Shown here piece by piece: positions 37,544-46,235 of a DNA stretch of 64,000 nucleotides; positions within the stretch are counted from its first letter, which is position 1; every line of letters begins with the position of its first letter. This stretch comes from Candidatus Xenobium occultum. Lineage in GTDB: Bacteria; Vulcanimicrobiota; Xenobia; Xenobiales; Xenobiaceae. The stretch lies in NCBI GenBank assembly GCA_002423485.1, contig DIWH01000081.1, forward strand, positions 11,612-75,611. Reading direction: 5' to 3'. Below the pieces are notes generated by a model. That model was not told where the DNA came from, ran no database searches, and saw nothing but the letters and a program-made list of their open reading frames with translations. Both the position numbers and the translations under genes were made by a program.

Positions 37544-39313
37544 CTACCTCCCTGCGGCAGGCCGGGTTGGATGCCCACCGACCGGCACGACGACCAGATT
37601 CTCCGAGCCCGCCGCGACCGGCATGGTGGCCAGGACCTCGCCTCGCGAGGGGTCGAGGACCAGGACGCAGGAAGGGAACCCGCCCAGGGCCCAGATCAGT
37701 GGGCTTCGGGGTCCGCTGGCCACTGCCTTCCAGGTCTGCAAAGGAAGCTGCATGTTGGCCGAACGGGTGTCGACGGCTTCGATTCGGGCCTGGGCATCGA
37801 CAGCCCACAGGGTGTTCCCGGCGCGCAGGAGGCGCACGGCGGGATGCCTCAGGGGCCAGGTCTCGATTTTCTGGAGGGTCAGCGCGTCCCGGATCTCCAC
37901 CTCGGGCCGGGTCCGGTGGGCGACGTACAGCCTTCGGCCCCCCGGCGAGACGGCCAAGGCACCCGCTTCCGGCGCGGCGGCCCGGGCCACCAATCGCGTG
38001 GGCCGCAACCCCATCACCGTGAGGTTCCCGGCACTGGCCAGGTACAGGACCGGGGTGCTCTTGTCCCCGTTTCGGTGTCGACCGAAGGCGATCTCCACGG
38101 GAGAGGCGTCGAAGGCCACCAGGGCTTCGGAGCGGGCCGGCAGTCGGCCGGGGAGCAACCTGCGGGGTTGCAGGTCGACCACCGTCAGGATCGAGCGCTG
38201 GGGGTGGACCACGAAGAGCATGTCCCCCTCGGGGGTGATCTCCAGTTCCCGAGGGTCCGAATCCAGGACCATCTGCCCCCGGATTCGGCCCTGGCGGACG
38301 TCCAGCAGCACCAGTCGACCGGCCTGGGGTTGGGTGGCGTAGAGCAGGTCGCCGTCCGGAGAAACTGCCAGGTCTCCGGCAGGCTCTTCCAGGGGCATCC
38401 GGGACAAGGTCTGTCCGGTCGCAAGCGCGTGGAACTCGACGCCGCGGCCTTGTCCCAGGGCCACGGCCGCCTCCAGCACCGGGCGGGGGGCCGGGCGGGT
38501 TGCCCACCAGGTCAGGCCCGCCAGCACGCTCAGCACGAGCATCAAGCCCAGCACCGCGGGCCATCGGGAAGGCCGGGCGGGAGGCGAGGACACGGGTGGC
38601 AGGCTGGAAGAGGCCCGTCGGTCCCGGACGACGTGGGCGGGCTTGTCGCTGATCGGTCGCTCCAGGGCTTCCGCCATCTCGCTGAAGCTGCGGTAGGACC
38701 TGGCGGGGTCGGCGCCCTGGCAGCGGGCGGCCAGCCACAGGAATTCCCCCGCGGCGGCGTCCGGCGAGAGTTGACCCAGGGTGAAGACGAGATCTCTCAT
38801 GGCCTCGGCCATGCGGGTGCCCTCGTCGGCGTTGGCTTCGGCCTGGCGGCTCAGGCCCAGGGCGCGCAGGCGCAGGTTCCCCTCGGGGGTGAGCCACAGG
38901 TCCGCCGGGTCCAGACGGATCGGAAGCCGCCCGCCCGAGTCCCGGTGCAGCAGGTCCAGGCCGTGGCACAACCGCGAGAGGACCCGGGCCACCCGGGCCA
39001 CCGACCAGGGTGTCCAGGAAGGACCCAGGGCCTGGGACAGGGGATGCCCCGGGCCGGGGTGCTGGGCCACCAGATAGCGCCCTTCCAGGAGGGTGGCCTC
39101 CAGCAGGATCGGCAAGCCGGGGTGGGAGGAGCGGGCCAGGCGGTGCAACTGGTCCTTCAGGCTGGGGACTTCGGCGACCACCTCGACCACACAGGGTTGC
39201 CCCTGCCCATCGACTGCGTCCAGGAGGGCCGGACCGGTTTCGGGGAGTGGTTCTCGGAGCCGGATCCGGCCCTCGCACAGGGTCAGAAGCGGGTGGACGG
39301 TGACCTGGGTCAT
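37544..39313 (-). CDS. Membrane-anchored Ser/Thr protein kinase-like pseudokinase with extracytoplasmic YVTN-type beta-propeller
   Basis: Hanks-kinase-like N-domain retaining HRD (LLHRDSGG) but lacking the Gly-loop and VAIK lysine (VVEVV); DFG replaced by ALG. One TM (WPAVLGLMLVLSVLAGLTWW). C-terminal repeats SPDGDLLYAT / SPGGRRLYVA. Confidence 0.6.
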   Translation of the reverse strand: MTQVTVHPLLTLCEGRIRLREPLPETGPALLDAVDGQGQPCVVEVVAEVPSLKDQLHRLARSSHPGLPILLEATLLEGRYLVAQHPGPGHPLSQALGPSWTPWSVARVARVLSRLCHGLDLLHRDSGGRLPIRLDPADLWLTPEGNLRLRALGLSRQAEANADEGTRMAEAMRDLVFTLGQLSPDAAAGEFLWLAARCQGADPARSYRSFSEMAEALERPISDKPAHVVRDRRASSSLPPVSSPPARPSRWPAVLGLMLVLSVLAGLTWWATRPAPRPVLEAAVALGQGRGVEFHALATGQTLSRMPLEEPAGDLAVSPDGDLLYATQPQAGRLVLLDVRQGRIRGQMVLDSDPRELEITPEGDMLFVVHPQRSILTVVDLQPRRLLPGRLPARSEALVAFDASPVEIAFGRHRNGDKSTPVLYLASAGNLTVMGLRPTRLVARAAAPEAGALAVSPGGRRLYVAHRTRPEVEIRDALTLQKIETWPLRHPAVRLLRAGNTLWAVDAQARIEAVDTRSANMQLPLQTWKAVASGPRSPLIWALGGFPSCVLVLDPSRGEVLATMPVAAGSENLVVVPVGGHPTRPAAGR

Positions 39314-39320
39314 GGTCTCG

Positions 39321-40571
39321 CTAGATCCGCTGCCAGGAGGCGACGTTCAGGGCCCCTCCCCCGGCGCCTCCGCCGAAGAAGGCCTCGAAGCCGGGCACGG
39401 GCTCCTGCTGCAGGGTGCTGGTGATGCGGGCTCCGCTGTGCACGAACTCGCCATCGCCGTAGGCGATCACCCGACCCACCAGGGTGAAGGCCGCGTTGGA
39501 GTAGATGCTGCCCTGGCAGAAGATCAGCCCTTCCAGGGTGGTGGACCGGTTGAACTCGACCCGGCCGCCTCCCACGGTGCCGTTCTGTCCGTCCAGGACC
39601 ACGATATCCAGTTTGTGGTTCAGGGGGGTGTTGAAGATGGCCGAGTTGGCGTTGCCCACCACGATGGTGCCCGTCCCGACCGGCGAGGTCTTGAAGGTGA
39701 CGCCGTTGGGGTAGTAGTGGACCTTCCCGTCCAGGTCGGTGCCGTCGTAGAGGGTCTCGTTGTGGGTCACCGCGCCGGCCAGCAGGGTGGCGGGGTCGGG
39801 GTTGGGCATGACTTCTCGTCCCGCCGGGGGATCATTGGTCAGCCTGCCGTCCGCGATGAAGGGCTCGGTGGCCGCCGAGGTGTCGTTGGGCACGATCTGG
39901 GCGGCATCCTGGATCTTGTCCTGGCCGGTGATGCTGCCCCGGGCCCGAACTTCCTGGCCCGGGCCCATGTTCAGTTGGGCCTGGACGGTGAGGTTGCCGG
40001 AGGTCAAGAGGTGCCCTTCGCCGCCGATCGGCTCGACCGAGACCCGGGCGCTCAGGACCAGGTCCCCGTTGCTCTTGACGGTGCCGTAGACCACCCCGGC
40101 GGCCCCCAGGTCGACGGTTCCGCCGGAGGAGATCGTGTAGTTGTATCCGGCCGGCTGGCCTTCCAGGAAGACCGCGACCTGACGAGAGAAGCTTCCGTTC
40201 TGGCTGGTGCCGGTGGAGAGCAGGTAGATCATGCCGGGAGGGACGCTGACCCCTCCTGGTCCGTTGAGGGCGGTGGCTCCCCCCGAGTTGTTGGTGACCT
40301 GGACGGAGTATTTCTGGTCCTGCTCGCCTCCCAGGGCCACATCGGTGAACCCCGCGCTCCAGCCGGTGTCGGCCGCAACCTGGTTCAGGGCCGCATGGAT
40401 GCCGGCCTCGGCCGACTGGACGGCCGCCACCGAAGCGAGGTTGGCCTGGATCATCCTGGAGTGGCGGGCGCCGATGGCCACCACGGCCACCAGGAAGACC
40501 AGCAGCAGGGCCAGGACCAGAAGCAGGATGGCGAGGGCGGAACCTCGAGCCGGGCGAAGCTTGATCAACAT
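39321..40571 (-). CDS. Type IV pilus assembly protein PilX-like minor pseudopilin
   Basis: PilX_N-like N-terminus (RGSALAILLLVLALLLVFLVAVVAIGARHSRMIQANLASVAAVQSAEAG). ATG 40571 with GAGGAGG RBS. Large Gly/Thr/Asn-rich C-domain. Confidence 0.6.
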   Translation of the reverse strand: MLIKLRPARGSALAILLLVLALLLVFLVAVVAIGARHSRMIQANLASVAAVQSAEAGIHAALNQVAADTGWSAGFTDVALGGEQDQKYSVQVTNNSGGATALNGPGGVSVPPGMIYLLSTGTSQNGSFSRQVAVFLEGQPAGYNYTISSGGTVDLGAAGVVYGTVKSNGDLVLSARVSVEPIGGEGHLLTSGNLTVQAQLNMGPGQEVRARGSITGQDKIQDAAQIVPNDTSAATEPFIADGRLTNDPPAGREVMPNPDPATLLAGAVTHNETLYDGTDLDGKVHYYPNGVTFKTSPVGTGTIVVGNANSAIFNTPLNHKLDIVVLDGQNGTVGGGRVEFNRSTTLEGLIFCQGSIYSNAAFTLVGRVIAYGDGEFVHSGARITSTLQQEPVPGFEAFFGGGAGGGALNVASWQRI

Positions 40572-40614
40572 CTGAAACGACCTCCTCGTTGGGGCATGGG
40601 CTCCCAATGCCTGG

Positions 40615-41190
40615 TCACTTGCGGAACCAGACGCGGTCGGTCACCTGCACCGAGGTCCGTCCCCACAGGTCGTTGGCGGCCACCAGCGCCACATCGGTGG
40701 TGGAGGTTCCCGAAAGGAAGCCCAGGGACTCGATGTGCGTGGCCACCAGCTTGTGGGTCGCGTTGCTGTCGGCTCGGACCTGGCTCGAGGTCGGGATCGG
40801 GGCCGGCAGCTCGGCGGTCTCCGAGAAGGCCTGTCGGCTGCGCATCAACCCCTGATCCGTCAGGTGGAAGGCCACCCAGGCTTGCCACAGGGCCCGCCCG
40901 CTGTCGTCGTAGCGGACCGTCCCGGAGACGTCCCGGGCCGAGGGGAGGACCACGGCGTTGGTCTCGAAGCGCACGCCGGCCCGCGGGGCGCTGGCCAACT
41001 CTTCGGTGACCTCGCGCAGGCCGGTCATGGCCTGGTGCTGCACCGTGGCGAAGTTCTCGGTCCTCCGGTAGGCGTCCAGGCCCATGGCCAGGCTGGCGTA
41101 GATGGTCCCCAGGATGAAGAGGAAGAGGGTCCCCCCGATCAGGACCTCGATCAGGGTGGCTCCCTGGCGTTCAGCGGAGACGCGCCACAT
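40615..41190 (-). CDS. Prepilin-type N-terminal cleavage/methylation domain protein (minor pilin/pseudopilin)
   Basis: Class III signal: leader ending in G, then ATLIEVLIGGTLF with Glu at +5. Confidence 0.7.
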   Translation of the reverse strand: MWRVSAERQGATLIEVLIGGTLFLFILGTIYASLAMGLDAYRRTENFATVQHQAMTGLREVTEELASAPRAGVRFETNAVVLPSARDVSGTVRYDDSGRALWQAWVAFHLTDQGLMRSRQAFSETAELPAPIPTSSQVRADSNATHKLVATHIESLGFLSGTSTTDVALVAANDLWGRTSVQVTDRVWFRK

Positions 41191-41563
41191 CGGTCAACAC
41201 CTCCACGTGTCGAGCCCGTTCGCCGGCCCAGGAGACCAGGACTCGGACCCGCTTGAGATCGGTCTGGGGTTCACTGACCTGGGTCTGGACCGAGAAGTCC
41301 AGGGTCGACTCGATGCCCTGGTTGGTGGTCGAGACCTGGACGGTGTGGAGGTCGTCCTCCACGTCTTCGAAGTCCTGGCTTCGCACTTCTTCCAGGCGGC
41401 GTTCAGCCAGGAAGGTCGCACTCATGTAATCCTGGCCTTGCCGGACCGCGCGAGCCGCGGTGGGGAAGGCGGTCAAGAGCATGACGAAGGCGACGGCGAA
41501 AACCCCGACTGCGATGAGCAGTTCCAGCAAGGACATGCCTGAAGAGCTGGTTTGGGATCGCAT
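41171..41563 (-). CDS. Prepilin-type N-terminal cleavage/methylation domain protein (pilin-like, 130 aa)
   Basis: MRSQTSSSG | MSLLELLIAVGVFAVAF gives the canonical G/MxLLE prepilin motif. Start trimmed to ATG 41563. The 262-aa ORF is over-extended. Confidence 0.7.
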   Translation of the reverse strand: MRSQTSSSGMSLLELLIAVGVFAVAFVMLLTAFPTAARAVRQGQDYMSATFLAERRLEEVRSQDFEDVEDDLHTVQVSTTNQGIESTLDFSVQTQVSEPQTDLKRVRVLVSWAGERARHVEVLTDVARLR

Positions 41564-41601
41564 GATCGCGCGGGACGGTCCCGCTTGCCCCCTTTCAACC
41601 C

Positions 41602-41656
41602 CTGTGTGTCCACAGTATTCCCCAACCTGGTCGGTTTCAATGATCTGGGTTGAACC
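41602..41656. promoter_or_regulatory. Inverted repeats in the divergent pilin/pilT promoter region (candidate operator sites)
   Basis: CTGTG-tgtc-CACAG at 41602-41615 and GGTTTCAA-n8-TTGAACC at 41633-41656, in a 250-bp lower-GC intergenic region. Confidence 0.3.
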
Positions 41657-41814
41657 GATCTCGCCTTGCAGTCGAATCCATCGTGAATACCCGTGTCGAC
41701 AGGGGGCTTCGGCTGCTCTTCGCGGGCGCTTATGACCTTCATCATTGTTCGTCGGGCTGTCCCTGAAGGATGCTGGAGTGGTCTTCAGCGCATGAGTCGG
41801 GAGGGAGGGCACCC

Positions 41815-42897
41815 ATGTCAGAAGATTTGACCCCGCCGGACCTGTTGGAACTGCTCCGCACGGCACTGGATCACGAGGCCTCGGACCTGCATCTGGTGCG
41901 CGGGGCCCCGCCGAGCCTTCGGGTGGATGGCCGGATCCAGCGATTGCCAGGGCCCCCATTGCGGGCCTCCGACATCGAGACCCTGGTGGCCCCGGTTCTG
42001 AACGAGCGTCTGGCCCGCCGCCTGGAGCGAGCCCGGGACGTCGATTTCTCCTTCGAAGAGCCGGGCCTGGGCCGCTTCCGGACCAGCCTCTTCTACGAAC
42101 GCGGATCCCTGGCCGCCGCCTTCCGGGTGGTCCCCTGGAGCGTCCGCTCGGTGGAGGAGTTGGGGCTGCCCAGCGTGGTGAACGACCTGGTCATGCGGAA
42201 TGCCGGCCTGGTCCTGATCACGGGGGCGGTGGGGATGGGCAAGACCACCACCCTGAACACCATGATCGACCTGATCAACTCCGAGCGGCCCGTCCGGATC
42301 CTCACCATCGAGGATCCCATCGAGTTCATCCACACCCACAAGACAGGTCTGGTCTTGCAGCGGGAGATCCGGGGAGACGCCCGGAGCTTCCACCGCGCCC
42401 TGGTCGCGACGCTGCGTCAGGACCCCAACGTGATCTGCATCGGCGAGATGCGGGACTGGAGGACGGTGGCCACGGCCCTGACCGCCGCCGAGACGGGGCA
42501 CCTGGTGATCAGCACCTTGCATACCCAGGACACCGTCCACACCCTGGAGCGCATCGTCGACGTCTTCCCTCCCCATCAGCAGGGGCAGATTCGCTATCAG
42601 TTGGCCTCCGTGCTGCAGGCGGTCCTGTGCCAGAAGCTGCTGTTGAGGGTTTCAGGCAGGGGGCGGGTCCTGGCTTACGAGGTCATGATCGGCACCCTGG
42701 CCATGCGCCGGTTGATCCGCGAGAACAAGACCGACCAGATCCCGACGCTTCTGCAGACCGGGCGCGAGACCGGCATGATCTCGATGGACCAGTGCATCAA
42801 GAACCTCTACCTCGCCCGCAGCATCGGGTACGACGTGGCCCGAGCCGCCTTCAGCGACCCCGAGCACTTCAAAGAGCCTCAGTGGGAGCTGACTTGA
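41815..42897 (+). CDS. pilT: Type IV pilus retraction ATPase PilT
   Basis: ITGAVGMGKTTT Walker A, ILTIEDPIEF, IGEMRD, AHxxxTGHLVISTLHT PilT hallmarks. ATG 41815 with GGGAGGGAGGG RBS. Confidence 0.9.
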   Translation: MSEDLTPPDLLELLRTALDHEASDLHLVRGAPPSLRVDGRIQRLPGPPLRASDIETLVAPVLNERLARRLERARDVDFSFEEPGLGRFRTSLFYERGSLAAAFRVVPWSVRSVEELGLPSVVNDLVMRNAGLVLITGAVGMGKTTTLNTMIDLINSERPVRILTIEDPIEFIHTHKTGLVLQREIRGDARSFHRALVATLRQDPNVICIGEMRDWRTVATALTAAETGHLVISTLHTQDTVHTLERIVDVFPPHQQGQIRYQLASVLQAVLCQKLLLRVSGRGRVLAYEVMIGTLAMRRLIRENKTDQIPTLLQTGRETGMISMDQCIKNLYLARSIGYDVARAAFSDPEHFKEPQWELT

Positions 42898-43595
42898 GAA
42901 TTGCGGAACTGTTCCAGCCACTCGGTGGCGTCGGTCTGGGTCAGGGCCTGGAGGACCTGCAGGTCGGGTAGGGTCATGGTCCCATCGGCGCTCTCGATCA
43001 GATAGCCTTTGCGCCGGAATCGGCTGAAGATCCGGATGGCGGTCTCGGTGGTGGTTCCGATCATCTCGGCGAAGCCTTGTCGGTCCAGGGGGAGGCGCAG
43101 ACGCAGGCCACAAGGGTGCATCTGGCCCAGTCGGGCGGCCAGGTTCAGAAGGGCCCGGGCCGCCCGCTGGTCGGCGCTCTCCACGGCCAGGCCGACCGCC
43201 ATTTCTCGTTGCAGTTGCATCTTCTCGCGGCAGACGGCCGTGGCCTTGAGCAACAGTCCGGGGTGGCGCAGGGCCGCCTCGTGGAACCGCGCCCGCTGGA
43301 CGAACCCCGCTTCGACCTCCTCCAGGCAGACGGCGCTCAGGCTGTAGGGGGTGCACTCCGCGGTGCACAGGGCCCCACAGAAATCGCCCGGGAAGAGCAG
43401 CTCCATGATGACATCCCGACCGTGACAACTGGATTGGACCAGCTTCAGCGACCCGGTCACGATCAGGAAGAGACCCTCGGGGAGGTCTCCCTGCCGGAAC
43501 AGGGCGGCGCCGCGAGGGACACGCCGGGTCGTCAACAGGCCCTGCAGGGAATCCCTCTCTTCGGCAGTCAGTTGCGAGTAGAATCCGACTTTCAT
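42879..43595 (-). CDS. Crp/Fnr family transcriptional regulator
   Basis: cNMP-binding domain (FRQGDLPEGLFLIVTGSLKL) and C-terminal HTH (RQGFAEMIGTTTETAIRIFSRFRRKGYL). Start trimmed to ATG 43595. Confidence 0.8.
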   Translation of the reverse strand: MKVGFYSQLTAEERDSLQGLLTTRRVPRGAALFRQGDLPEGLFLIVTGSLKLVQSSCHGRDVIMELLFPGDFCGALCTAECTPYSLSAVCLEEVEAGFVQRARFHEAALRHPGLLLKATAVCREKMQLQREMAVGLAVESADQRAARALLNLAARLGQMHPCGLRLRLPLDRQGFAEMIGTTTETAIRIFSRFRRKGYLIESADGTMTLPDLQVLQALTQTDATEWLEQFRNSQVSSH

Positions 43596-43798
43596 CAAGT
43601 CCCCGGGGTTCCAGGGCCCCCTGGCTGAAGAGTCGGAGCCTTCCGTCGGGCGCCCCCCGCAGGGGGCCCTCGGGGCAGCGCCGCAGGGCAGTCTTCTCCG
43701 CCCGGCGGGGTCCATTCCTGTCACGCGAGACCCAGGCTCCTGGCCGCGGCCTCCCTGGGACCGTCCGAGCATGGGAAGGCGGACCAGGTTCTTGAAGG

Positions 43799-44260
43799 TC
43801 AGGTCCCCTCGCGCTTCGACTGGCCCCGGATCAACAGCAACGGGCAGAGGATCCGGCGCATGACCTTGGAGGCCACGCTGCCGTGCACCCAGCGGTCAAA
43901 GCCACCACGGCCGTGGGTGCACATGACCACCAGGTCGGCCTCGTCGATCTCGGCCTGGTCGACGATGGCGCTGGCCGCATCGTCCAGGCGGTGGATGGCC
44001 TTGCAGGTGACTCCGTCGGCCTCCAGGCGCTGCTTCCAGTCCTCGAGGTACTGCCGGATCGTCTCCTGCTCGGTCTCACGGTAGCGCTCCATGTAGGCGG
44101 CAGCGGTCAGATCCGGGAGGGCGTAGACCCTGTCCGGCAAGGCCGTCGCGCGCAGGAGCGTGATCTCGGCCCCATACTTCTTGGCCAGGTCCAGGGCGTG
44201 GGGAACGGCCCGCTCGGAGAGTTCCGACCCGTCCAGGGGAACCAGGATCCTGGAATACAT
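43799..44260 (-). CDS. Universal stress protein (single UspA domain)
   Basis: ILVPLDGSELSERA...VMCTHGRGG...GSVASKV. ATG 44260 with GGAGGTGAG RBS. The 689-aa ORF is an artefact. Confidence 0.85.
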   Translation of the reverse strand: MYSRILVPLDGSELSERAVPHALDLAKKYGAEITLLRATALPDRVYALPDLTAAAYMERYRETEQETIRQYLEDWKQRLEADGVTCKAIHRLDDAASAIVDQAEIDEADLVVMCTHGRGGFDRWVHGSVASKVMRRILCPLLLIRGQSKREGT

Positions 44261-44353
44261 GCGGCTCACCTCCAGATCCAGTCTTCCCGGCCCCGGGAGG
44301 GGCCGCATGGTCAGTATACCCGCTCCCGCCAGGAACAGAAATGACTGTCCGGG

Positions 44354-44443
44354 GACGCCCGAGGACCCCCTTGATCCTGGAGGATCCTCGGGCGTCTCCG
44401 GAGAACTGCCGGATGCTTCCCAGTGATTCAAGATTCTTGATTG
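44354..44443. promoter_or_regulatory. 12-bp-arm inverted repeat and an AT-rich near-palindrome in the divergent uspA / ftsA-like promoter region
   Basis: gacgcccgagga...tcctcgggcgtc (44354-44396) and GATTCAAGATTCTTGATTG (44425-44443), 50-70 nt upstream of the ftsA-like start. Confidence 0.35.
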
Positions 44444-44494
44444 TGGCGACGGCTTTGGGAGGGGGTTCCCTCCCTGGCGGATCGGAGTTCCCGG

Positions 44495-45748
44495 ATGGCC
44501 AGACTTGAAACCCTTACCGCGCTGGATGTCGGGACCAGCAAGGTCGTTTGCCTCATCGCCGAGCTGGATCGGAAGGGAGACCTCGAGGTGGTCGCCCGTG
44601 GCGTCCAGCCTTGCTGTGGTCTGCGTCGCGGGGCCCTGGTGGACGCTGAGGAGACGGTTCGGGCCATCGAGGCCGCCGTGTCGGAGGCTGAGAAGGAGGC
44701 CGGCTATCCCGTGGGGCCGGCCCTGGTCAACCTGAGCAGCGAGTTCTTGACCTCGCGGCCCAGTCACGGCGTCTGGCCCGTGGGCAACACCGAAGGAGAG
44801 ATCACCCCGGACGACGTTCGTCGGGTGGTCGAGGCCGCCCGCCAGGTCGGCATCCCTTCGGATCGGGAGATCGTGCACGCGATTCCGCGCGGCTTCACCG
44901 TGGACGGGCAAAGGGAGATTTGCAACCCGGTCGGCCTCTCGGGTCTGCGCCTGGAGGCGGACGCCCATGTGATCGCCGGCTCCTCCGCCTTCCTGCAGAA
45001 CATCCGCAAGGTCGTGCAGAGGGCGGGAGTCGAGATCCACCCGGAGGGCATGGTCGCCTCCTCGATCGCCTCGTCGTTGGCCGTCCTGACCGATGAGGAA
45101 CGCGACCTGGGCACCGCCCTGCTGGACATGGGCCTGGGGACCGTCGACTTCTCGGTCTACTGCGGAGGGGAGATCGGTCACTCGGCCGTCCTTCCGATCG
45201 GGGGCGAGTACCTGGTGCAGGACGTCTCCCGTTTCTTCCGGATTCCTCCCATGGAGGTCGAGCGGTTGATCCTGGAGGCCGGGATCGCTTCCCCCGAATT
45301 CCTCGAGGAGGCCGAAGGAGAAGAGCAGATGCTGGAGGCTCCGCCGGTCTCGGGGGACGGGGTCGTCCAGATCTCGCGGCGCGAGCTCTCGGAGGTTCTT
45401 GAAGCCCGCATCCAGGACATCTTTGAGTGGGTGGGCGACCAGATTCAGTTCGCGCGCCGCAAGCTGGGCCTGACGGTCACCAGCCTGGTCCTGACGGGAG
45501 GCGTCTCGCAGTTGCCGGGCATGGCCCTGGTGGCCCACCGGGAGGTGGAACTCCCCACCCGCGTCGCGGCCCCTTGCTACCCTCCCGGACTGCCCTTGAA
45601 CCTGGCCTCGCCGGTCTACGCGACAGCCGTCGGGCTGGTCCTGTACGGGGCCACCCGGATCCACCGCCAGGAGGGCACGGCGCCCCACGTCTCGCCGGTC
45701 CGCGCCTTCTTCGAGCGGGTCCACCGCATCCTGATCCAGGTCTTCTGA
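44495..45748 (+). CDS. ftsA: FtsA-like actin-family ATPase (cell division protein FtsA homolog; not next to ftsZ)
   Basis: ALDVGTSKVVCLIAEL phosphate-1 motif, FtsA/SHS2 organisation, amphipathic C-terminus. Next gene is nrdR, not ftsZ. Confidence 0.7.
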   Translation: MARLETLTALDVGTSKVVCLIAELDRKGDLEVVARGVQPCCGLRRGALVDAEETVRAIEAAVSEAEKEAGYPVGPALVNLSSEFLTSRPSHGVWPVGNTEGEITPDDVRRVVEAARQVGIPSDREIVHAIPRGFTVDGQREICNPVGLSGLRLEADAHVIAGSSAFLQNIRKVVQRAGVEIHPEGMVASSIASSLAVLTDEERDLGTALLDMGLGTVDFSVYCGGEIGHSAVLPIGGEYLVQDVSRFFRIPPMEVERLILEAGIASPEFLEEAEGEEQMLEAPPVSGDGVVQISRRELSEVLEARIQDIFEWVGDQIQFARRKLGLTVTSLVLTGGVSQLPGMALVAHREVELPTRVAAPCYPPGLPLNLASPVYATAVGLVLYGATRIHRQEGTAPHVSPVRAFFERVHRILIQVF

Positions 45749-45752
45749 GGCC

Positions 45753-46235
45753 GTGAACTGCCCGTTCTGCGAGCACGCCGACACTCGGGTCATGGATTCG
45801 CGCGTCACCGAGGATGGCCGCTCCATCCGACGTCGCCGGCGGTGCATGCATTGCTCGAGCCGCTTCACGACCTACGAGCGCTACGAGGAAACGCCCTTGC
45901 TTGTGCTCAAGAAGGACGGGCGGCGAGAGCACTTCGAACGGCGCAAGGTGCTCGATGGTCTGCTGAGAGCCTGTGAGAAGAGACCGGTTTCCAGTCAAGC
46001 CATCCAGGAGATGGCCGCGAGGATCGAGCAGGAGCTTCGCAACTTGGGGAAAACCGAAGTGTCGGCCGGGGAGATCGGCGAACTGGTGATGGAGAGCCTC
46101 CTGCACCTGGACGAGGTCGCCTATGTTCGATTCGCCTCGGTCTACAAAGAATTCAAGGACGTGAACCGCTTCGCTGAGGAGCTCCAGGTCTTGGAGGGGC
46201 TTCGGAAGCGGACCCGAGCCGAGGAGGAGACTTGA
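45753..46235 (+). CDS. nrdR: Transcriptional repressor NrdR
   Basis: MNCPFCEHADTRVMDSR...CMHCSSRFTTYE zinc ribbon plus ATP-cone. GTG start. Confidence 0.9.
   Translation: MNCPFCEHADTRVMDSRVTEDGRSIRRRRRCMHCSSRFTTYERYEETPLLVLKKDGRREHFERRKVLDGLLRACEKRPVSSQAIQEMAARIEQELRNLGKTEVSAGEIGELVMESLLHLDEVAYVRFASVYKEFKDVNRFAEELQVLEGLRKRTRAEEET

Noticed and set aside
41194-41421. 75-aa ORF within the pilin gene region
   Set aside because: Embedded off-frame within the 41171..41563 prepilin gene, with no domain.
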